Part shown: piece by piece, positions 58,404 through 64,000 of the stretch
Position numbering within the stretch: position 1 is the first letter of the stretch
How the letters are laid out: each line of letters begins with the position of its first letter
From: a bacterium
Lineage (GTDB): Bacteria; Gemmatimonadota; Gemmatimonadetes; Gemmatimonadales; Gemmatimonadaceae
Reading direction: 5' to 3'
Length of the DNA: 64,000 nt
Assembly (NCBI GenBank): GCA_027484025.1
Contig: JAIXTI010000287.1
Coordinates: 5,137-69,136 of the forward strand
Position numbers and translations under genes: made by a program
Notes under the pieces: model-generated
The model's input: the letters and a program-made list of their open reading frames with translations, nothing else
What the model was told of the DNA's origin: nothing
Database searches by the model: none

Positions 58404-58453
58404 GGGGTCAGAGTCGTGCCTGGGAATGAAGAGTAAATGGGGGTCAGAGTCGT
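58404..58453 (+). repeat. Two direct GGGGTCAGAGTCGT arms, 22 nt apart
   Basis: Arms at 58404 and 58440, between divergent grpB-like and araC genes. Confidence 0.85.
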
Positions 58454-58527
58454 GGCGTCCAAGAGCAAGAGGTCGGCAGAAGGGCAGGGATGTCGGCCGT
58501 GTCGTCGGCACCGCAGTTTTCGGGCGT

Positions 58528-59307
58528 ATGCCCAAGTCGCCTCCCACCAACCGCTACGCCCCGGTCCCCGATGGTTTCCCCATTCGGGACGCGTCGGTGC
58601 GCTACACGGAACTACCCCCCCCGCACGATCTGGCGGCCGTCGTACACTGCTTCTGGGAACTGCGCACAGTCACCGAGCTATCGGAAGACTTTCTGTATCA
58701 CGCGCTCCCCGACGCGTGCGTGAACCTGCTGTTCAATCGACTGGACCCCGCCATTGCCGGCATTACGGCGCTGCACACATCGGCCACCACGCTCAACTTG
58801 GGCACGGTGTTTCACTATGTGGGCGTGCAGCTCTTTCCGGGGGCGTGGCACGGCGGCGGTGACGAACTCACCGACCGCTACGTGGGCACGCCGTATCAGG
58901 GGGCGCTCCCGCTCGTCGCAACAAACGCAAAGCTCGCGGGGCTCGCGTTCCCCGACGCCACACACCATCTGGCCGAGCTGGTGCGATGGTGCGTCGCGCA
59001 GCAATACGTGGTCCCCAACCCCGTCACGGCGCGTATTCTGTCGCAGTTGCATGCCATTCGGACCGTGGCCGATATGGCGACGCTCGTGGGGGTGACGCCC
59101 AGACAGCTGCAGCGCACGCTCAAGCGACAAACGGGATTTGCGCCGCACGACCTGCTCAAGGTGTTGCGCGTACAGCAATCGTTCCGCCAACACTATCTCG
59201 ACTTGTACGCCGATCAGGCGCATTTCATCCACGCCTTTCGGGATGCCACCGGATACACACCCGTGCAGTACCGCAAACGCTTCGGCGGCTCATCGCACAG
59301 CGACTGA
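58528..59307 (+). CDS. AraC family regulator (DUF6597-type N-terminus)
   Basis: Y.E..PP..LA..V.CFW, LPD.C..L, RQLQR...GF.P, YADQAHF...F....G.TP. Confidence 0.88.
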   Translation: MPKSPPTNRYAPVPDGFPIRDASVRYTELPPPHDLAAVVHCFWELRTVTELSEDFLYHALPDACVNLLFNRLDPAIAGITALHTSATTLNLGTVFHYVGVQLFPGAWHGGGDELTDRYVGTPYQGALPLVATNAKLAGLAFPDATHHLAELVRWCVAQQYVVPNPVTARILSQLHAIRTVADMATLVGVTPRQLQRTLKRQTGFAPHDLLKVLRVQQSFRQHYLDLYADQAHFIHAFRDATGYTPVQYRKRFGGSSHSD

Positions 59308-59316
59308 TCGCGACAC

Positions 59317-59349
59317 GTCCGATTTGTACAATACCGCGTCGTGCATGCT
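59317..59349 (+). promoter_or_regulatory. Possible AraC-activated promoter of the VOC gene
   Basis: AT-rich GTCCGATTTGTACAATAC, then CATGCT 17 nt after GATTTG; between araC and voc. Confidence 0.3.
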
Positions 59350-59392
59350 GGTTAGCCTCCCAACTCCACCTGAACCCTTTGGAGACTTGGTG

Positions 59393-59773
59393 ATGACGAT
59401 GCACAACGCGATTGGCTGGTTCGACCTGTACGTGGACGACCTGGATCGGGCCGCGAAGTTTTACGAAACGGTGTTCCAGCAGACGCTGGAGCCCATGGGT
59501 GACCCCACCGGCGAAACGGTCATGCGGAGCTTCCCCGGCAACATGCAGGCATACGGGGCCGCCGGGGCCCTGGTGAAGGCGCCGCACGCGCGCCCGGGGA
59601 TCGGCGGTTCGCTGCTCTACTTCAGCGTGGAAGACTGCGCCGTACAGCAGGCGCGCGTGGCCGACGCGGGGGGCACGCTCGTGCGTCCCAAGTTTTCCAT
59701 CGGACAGTTCGGCTGGGTGGCCCTCTGCATGGACACCGAGGGGAACATGTTCGGGCTCAATTCCATGAAGTAG
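59393..59773 (+). CDS. VOC/glyoxalase family protein
   Basis: IGWFDLYVDDL.RA.KFY, YFSVEDC, DTEGNMFGL.S. Confidence 0.9.
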   Translation: MTMHNAIGWFDLYVDDLDRAAKFYETVFQQTLEPMGDPTGETVMRSFPGNMQAYGAAGALVKAPHARPGIGGSLLYFSVEDCAVQQARVADAGGTLVRPKFSIGQFGWVALCMDTEGNMFGLNSMK

Positions 59774-59790
59774 CCAGCCAGTGGCTCAAA

Positions 59791-59845
59791 GGGGTCAGAG
59801 TCGTTTTGCCGACTTGTTGAACGTGCGCGCAACGACTCTGACCCC
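59791..59845. repeat. Complete 55-bp inverted-repeat element (core inverted relative to 57812)
   Basis: GGGGTCAGAGTCGT + 27 nt + ACGACTCTGACCCC. Confidence 0.9.
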
Positions 59846-59853
59846 TTTTGTAG

Positions 59854-61980
59854 CTACGCCCACTTGAGCGTCTCATCCGCAATGGGCAGCGTACGAATCC
59901 GCTTCCCCGTCGCCGCAAAGATCGCGTTGCACACCGCGGGCGCCGCAGGCGGCAGTGCCGGTTCACCGAGCCCCGTTGGCGGTGCCGATGACTTGATGAA
60001 ATGCACATCGACCACCGGCGGCGCATGCTGCATGCGCAGCATCGGGTACTTGTTGAAGTTCGTCTGCGCGGCCGCGCCGCGTTCGATGGTCACTTTCTGA
60101 AACCACGCCGCGCTGATGCCATCGAGCATCGAGCCCTGCACCTGCGCCTCGGCGCCGCTCACGTTCACAATGGTGCCGGCATCGACGGCCGCCGTGAGCT
60201 TCCTGATCGTGAGTTCGCCCGCTTTGCTTACCGCAACATCGGCCACGATGGCTACGTACGCGCCATTCGCAAAGCAGATGGCGAACCCCTGCCCCTCACC
60301 GCGCGGACGCGCTTTGCCCCAGTTGGCCTTCTCGGTCGCGAGCTTCAACACGGCGGTCATCTTGCCGGCGTCAAAACGCGGCGACGCGGGCACAGTCGCG
60401 AGCATGTCGAGCGTAAACGCGAGCGGTTCCTTGCCGGCCGCGTGCGCGAGTTCATCCATGAAACATTGCGTGGCCCACGTGTTGCCGTTGTCACCCGGCG
60501 CGCGCCAGAAGCCTGTGGGAATGCCGCCGCGCAACTTGCTCGACCGCACCGTCGAGCCTGGAATGGCATTGAACGGAAAACCGGTAGCCGACATATCACC
60601 CGGCCCGCCCTGCATTTTCACGAACTCGTCGTTGAGGGCAACGACCTTCCCGGCGCTGTCCAGCCCCGCCGAGAAAAAGTGCCATCCGTTGGAGCGATAG
60701 TTGTCGTGCGCAAAATCCTGTTCGCGCGTCCAGGTGAGTTTGATGGGTGTGCCCGCCAGTCGCTTCGCGATTGCCGCCGCTTCGAGCGAAAACTCGTTGC
60801 TGCCGCGTCGGCCAAAGCCGCCACCCAGTCGCGTGATGTGCACCTTCACGTCTTTCGCCGCGATCCCCAGCCCCTTTGTAACCAGCCCCTGTCCTGTGGC
60901 CGGAATTTGCGTGGGCGTCCACATCTCCATCACACCATCCTTGAACCACGCGGTGCAGTTCTGCGGCTCCAGCGTGGCGTGCGCGAGGAACGGATAGTGG
61001 TACACCGCTTCGACCGCCTTCGCACCAGACGGCAGCGCCGCTGGCGCGTTGGCCTTGGCCAGCGTCACCGCTTGCGCAGCCATGTCCGCGCTGCTCTGCG
61101 AGACTTGTGCCCCTTCGTTCCACTGCACCTTGAGCGCTTTCGTCGCGCTGAACGCATTCCACGTGGAATCCGCGACTACGGCCACACCCGATGGCAGCCC
61201 CGCAATGCCACTCAACACGAACGCATCGCGAACGCCGGGCTTGGCCTTTACCTCATCGAGGTTCGCGCTCCCCACTTCACCACCAAACACCGGACACTTG
61301 GTATACGTCGCGTAGAGCATCCCCGGCAGCTTCACATCAATGCCAAAGAGCGGCGCACCCTTCACGATCTGCCTGTTGTCCACGCCCGCAATACGGGTGC
61401 CGAGCAACTTGAAGGTGCTCGGATCCTTGAGCGAGAGGTTGGCGGGAGGCTGCAGCAGCGCGGCCTTGGTAGAGAGTGCGCCATACGATGCCTTTCGGTT
61501 CGATGCCGCGTGCATCACCATGCCGTCTGCGGTGGTGCACTCGCTCGCGCTCACCTTCCACTCCTGCGCCGCGGCCTCTACGAGCACGGCCCGTGCAGCG
61601 GCGCCGGCGCGGCGCATCGCCATGTAGTTCGCGACCGTACTTCCGCTGCCAACGCTGAACTGACGACCATACGCCGGATTCAAGTCGCCCTGCACGACGG
61701 TCACCTGCTCCCATTTCACATCGAGCTCTTCGGCGATGATCATGGGGAGCGACGTCTTGATGCCCTGCCCCATTTCCGAGTTGGGCGCGACGAGCGTGAC
61801 AGCGCCGCTCGGCGCGATGCTCACGAACACGTTGGGGGCGAAGTCCGCAGCAGGTGCGAGCGCCGCCGTACTCGAGGCCATCGCCTCTGCGGTATCCAAC
61901 GCACTCGCGACCATCAACCCGCCGCCAACCAGTCCACTGATCTTGATGAACTGGCGTCGATCAATCTGTTGGTGAGTCAT
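59854..61980 (-). CDS. Xanthine dehydrogenase family molybdopterin subunit (isoquinoline 1-oxidoreductase beta-like)
   Basis: RRQFIK, SEMGQG..T.LP...[42 protein letters not shown]. Confidence 0.93.
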   Translation of the reverse strand: MTHQQIDRRQFIKISGLVGGGLMVASALDTAEAMASSTAALAPAADFAPNVFVSIAPSGAVTLVAPNSEMGQGIKTSLPMIIAEELDVKWEQVTVVQGDLNPAYGRQFSVGSGSTVANYMAMRRAGAAARAVLVEAAAQEWKVSASECTTADGMVMHAASNRKASYGALSTKAALLQPPANLSLKDPSTFKLLGTRIAGVDNRQIVKGAPLFGIDVKLPGMLYATYTKCPVFGGEVGSANLDEVKAKPGVRDAFVLSGIAGLPSGVAVVADSTWNAFSATKALKVQWNEGAQVSQSSADMAAQAVTLAKANAPAALPSGAKAVEAVYHYPFLAHATLEPQNCTAWFKDGVMEMWTPTQIPATGQGLVTKGLGIAAKDVKVHITRLGGGFGRRGSNEFSLEAAAIAKRLAGTPIKLTWTREQDFAHDNYRSNGWHFFSAGLDSAGKVVALNDEFVKMQGGPGDMSATGFPFNAIPGSTVRSSKLRGGIPTGFWRAPGDNGNTWATQCFMDELAHAAGKEPLAFTLDMLATVPASPRFDAGKMTAVLKLATEKANWGKARPRGEGQGFAICFANGAYVAIVADVAVSKAGELTIRKLTAAVDAGTIVNVSGAEAQVQGSMLDGISAAWFQKVTIERGAAAQTNFNKYPMLRMQHAPPVVDVHFIKSSAPPTGLGEPALPPAAPAVCNAIFAATGKRIRTLPIADETLKWA

Positions 61981-62468
61981 TCGCGCTTCCCGTTAGCTGG
62001 AGTCGTCGTCGCGGCCAACTCGGCGGCGCGCTTGATGCCGGCACGAATGCGTGTGTACGAGGCGCAGCGGCATACGTTGCGCGCCATGGCCGAGTCGATA
62101 TCGGCGTCGGTGGGACGCGGCTTGGCCTTGAGCAAAGCGGCCGCCGCCAGAATCTGTCCGCCCTGACAGTAGCCACACTGCGGCACATCGAGCTCGCACC
62201 ACGCATCTTGCAGCGCGCGCGCTTGCGGTGTGTCGATGCCTTCAATCGTGGTCACGGCCGCCGCGCCCACGGTGGAGATGGGCGTACGACAGGATCGGGT
62301 AGGCACACCGTTCACGTGCACGGTACAGGCGCCGCATTGCGCGATGCCGCAGCCGAACTTGGTGCCGGTGAGCTCCAGCGAATCGCGCAACACCCACAAC
62401 AGGGGTGTGTCGGATTCCACCTCGACGCTTCTGGACGTGCCGTTCACGTTGAGTGTGTACTTGCCCAT
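61977..62468 (-). CDS. (2Fe-2S)-binding subunit (isoquinoline 1-oxidoreductase alpha-like)
   Basis: GTKFGCG..QCGACTV and QCGYCQ.GQI...NVCRC..Y.RI. Confidence 0.95.
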   Translation of the reverse strand: MGKYTLNVNGTSRSVEVESDTPLLWVLRDSLELTGTKFGCGIAQCGACTVHVNGVPTRSCRTPISTVGAAAVTTIEGIDTPQARALQDAWCELDVPQCGYCQGGQILAAAALLKAKPRPTDADIDSAMARNVCRCASYTRIRAGIKRAAELAATTTPANGKRE

Positions 62469-62700
62469 ATGCCGCTCCACGAAATCGTTTCGAGTGTTGC
62501 GCTTGCGCGTGGCTCCCGACAAACATGGCTCGCGTCGCCGTTTTTCGCACGACGAGGAGGCAGACCCCGACGATCACCAGTTGTGCCGTGACGTCATCAA
62601 GGCCGCGCTGTCCCCCGTGGACATTACGCGACAGGCCGAAGCGGAGGATCGTGACTTTCGGCCGTTGCGCCATCACCGCGCATCATGCTAGTTCACACCC

Positions 62701-63210
62701 ATGACCTTCGCCCGCATTGCCGCGCTCCCTTTTCAGGTGAGCGGTAACCATCAGGTCTTTGCCAATGGCACGGTGACCACCACCGAAGAGCGTCGCCACG
62801 GCGTGCTGCGCCTCGAGGGGGCCACGCTCACCGTGCAGTGGCGGGTGGAGCGAAAAATCCAGAAGATCGGTCCGGAAACGCGCACCGATGTCGAGCGCGA
62901 TGGCATGCGTTCTGTCCCGGTGCGCGTAGATCAGCTGGGCGACGCACGCGTCCGGACCCGCGGACGCTGGTTTTGGCGCACCTGGGAGCTGGTGCTCACG
63001 GCGCGCGACCTCTCAGCGTTCGATCCACTCGCCGGCCACGACGGCTTCGCGTTCGAACACCCGGCCGAACTGGTGTTGCCCGTGCGCAGCGCTGACATCG
63101 AGCTGGCACGGGAGTTCGCCTCCGAGGTGGAGCTGGCGGTGGCCGAACTGGCCCTCAGCGCCGCCGAGCACGCCGCGGCACACAAGGCGCTCGGCCCGGA
63201 CGCGACCTAA
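62701..63210 (+). CDS. Hypothetical protein
   Basis: 169-aa ORF with protein-like composition; fills the space between flanking genes. Confidence 0.6.
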   Translation: MTFARIAALPFQVSGNHQVFANGTVTTTEERRHGVLRLEGATLTVQWRVERKIQKIGPETRTDVERDGMRSVPVRVDQLGDARVRTRGRWFWRTWELVLTARDLSAFDPLAGHDGFAFEHPAELVLPVRSADIELAREFASEVELAVAELALSAAEHAAAHKALGPDAT

Positions 63211-63219
63211 AAGCTAAAA

Positions 63220-63370
63220 GGGGTCAGAGTCGTTGATCGCGGTCTCACCACTCCGGCAAAAGGGGTCAGAGTCAAAAAAGGGGTCAGAGTCGTTTTGGCG
63301 GTTCAACGACCCTGACCCCTTTTGGCGCTGACCCCTTTTTTGACTCTGACCCCTTTTTGACTCTGACCCC
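63220..63370. repeat. Nested inverted array of GGGGTCAGAGTC arms
   Basis: Forward arms at 63220, 63262 and 63280; reverse arms at about 63306-63319, 63328-63335, 63342-63353 and 63359-63370. Confidence 0.9.
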
Positions 63371-63377
63371 TTTTGGG

Positions 63378-64000
63378 CTACCGCGCCGGCCGCGCCTCCG
63401 GCTGCCCGCCCGGACGCCACGCGGGCCGCGGACCATCGGAGAGCAGCCGCACCGCTTTGGCGGTCGCACTGATCACCTGCGCCATATGCGCCACGTTCAC
63501 CGTGCCCGCTTCGTCGCGCGGATCGTGATACGGCGTCGCGAGGTTGTAGCTGGAGAGCGAATGCGCCGGAATGCCGATGCGCGCAAAGGCGGCGTTGTCG
63601 CTGCGGGTAAAGAAGCTCTGCCCCGGACGCGGATCGGCCACGAGCGGAATGCCGTTGTCGGCCAGCAAATCGCCCAACGTGCTGCGCTCGTAGCCCGTGA
63701 GCCACGCTTTGCCAAAGCCGCCCGCGAGTGAATCGGGATGCGCGATCATCTCGATGTTGAGATCCACCACCGTGTTGGCGAGCGGCAGCAGCGGATGCTG
63801 CAAATACCAGCGCGTACCAAAGCCTCCCACCTCTTCGCCCGTGATGGACATGAAGAGAATCGTGCGCTTGGGACGCGGACCGCTGCGCAGCGCGCGCGCA
63901 ATTTCGAGCAGCGCAATGTTCCCCGACGCGTCATCGTCGGCACCATTGTTGATGGAGTCGCCGTTCACCGCGCGCCCGACACCAATGTGATCGTAGTGCG
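63378..64000 (-). CDS. M28 family metallopeptidase (5' part outside window)
   Basis: AHYDH, NGADDDASG, GEE.G..G, NIEMI, RSDN..F, YH...DE. Confidence 0.92.
   Translation of the reverse strand, partial: HYDHIGVGRAVNGDSINNGADDDASGNIALLEIARALRSGPRPKRTILFMSITGEEVGGFGTRWYLQHPLLPLANTVVDLNIEMIAHPDSLAGGFGKAWLTGYERSTLGDLLADNGIPLVADPRPGQSFFTRSDNAAFARIGIPAHSLSSYNLATPYHDPRDEAGTVNVAHMAQVISATAKAVRLLSDGPRPAWRPGGQPEARPAR

Noticed and set aside
60001-62166. 721-aa plus-strand ORF
   Set aside because: Antisense shadow of the molybdopterin subunit, typical of high-GC DNA; no motifs.
1-64000. Genome-wide TAG reassignment or pyrrolysine use
   Set aside because: Several well-formed genes end at TAG at their expected C-termini (e.g. 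15792, 47472, 49129, 59773), and no pyl genes are seen.
1-64000. Prophage, IS or integron
   Set aside because: No integrase, transposase, terminase or attC-like cassette array was found. The many short stress genes are not separated by attC-type sites.

Overview
A gene-dense, high-GC bacterial window. The tandem Hanks kinases, PD40 propellers, BTAD regulator, ECF/FecR/TonB-dependent receptor module and codon style suggest Gemmatimonadota, but that is inference. It holds about 68 ordinary or accessory CDS for signalling, transport and small-molecule detoxification, plus a Mo-hydroxylase pair. I saw no rRNA, tRNA, CRISPR array, cas gene, integrase or transposase. The main signals are non-coding. 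(1) From 53.0 kb to 63.4 kb, six intergenic sites carry an uncatalogued REP/REPIN-like family built on the arm GGGGTCAGAGTC(GT). Two copies are exact 55-bp inverted-repeat units with a conserved 27-nt core (CGTTCAAC), and others are tandem or nested expansions. (2) Three ECF sigma loci carry readable candidate promoters: CCTAACAT-N14-CGGTACA (twice), GGTGTCAGGGT-N14-GTGT (twice) and an ECF42-type TGTCGA-N17-CGAC. (3) Candidate operators lie next to TetR, MarR and a Rob-like AraC regulator. (4) There is local gene decay: a chimeric VOC/MarR pseudogene and an in-frame TAG in a histidine kinase. All family names come from motifs read by eye, not database searches.
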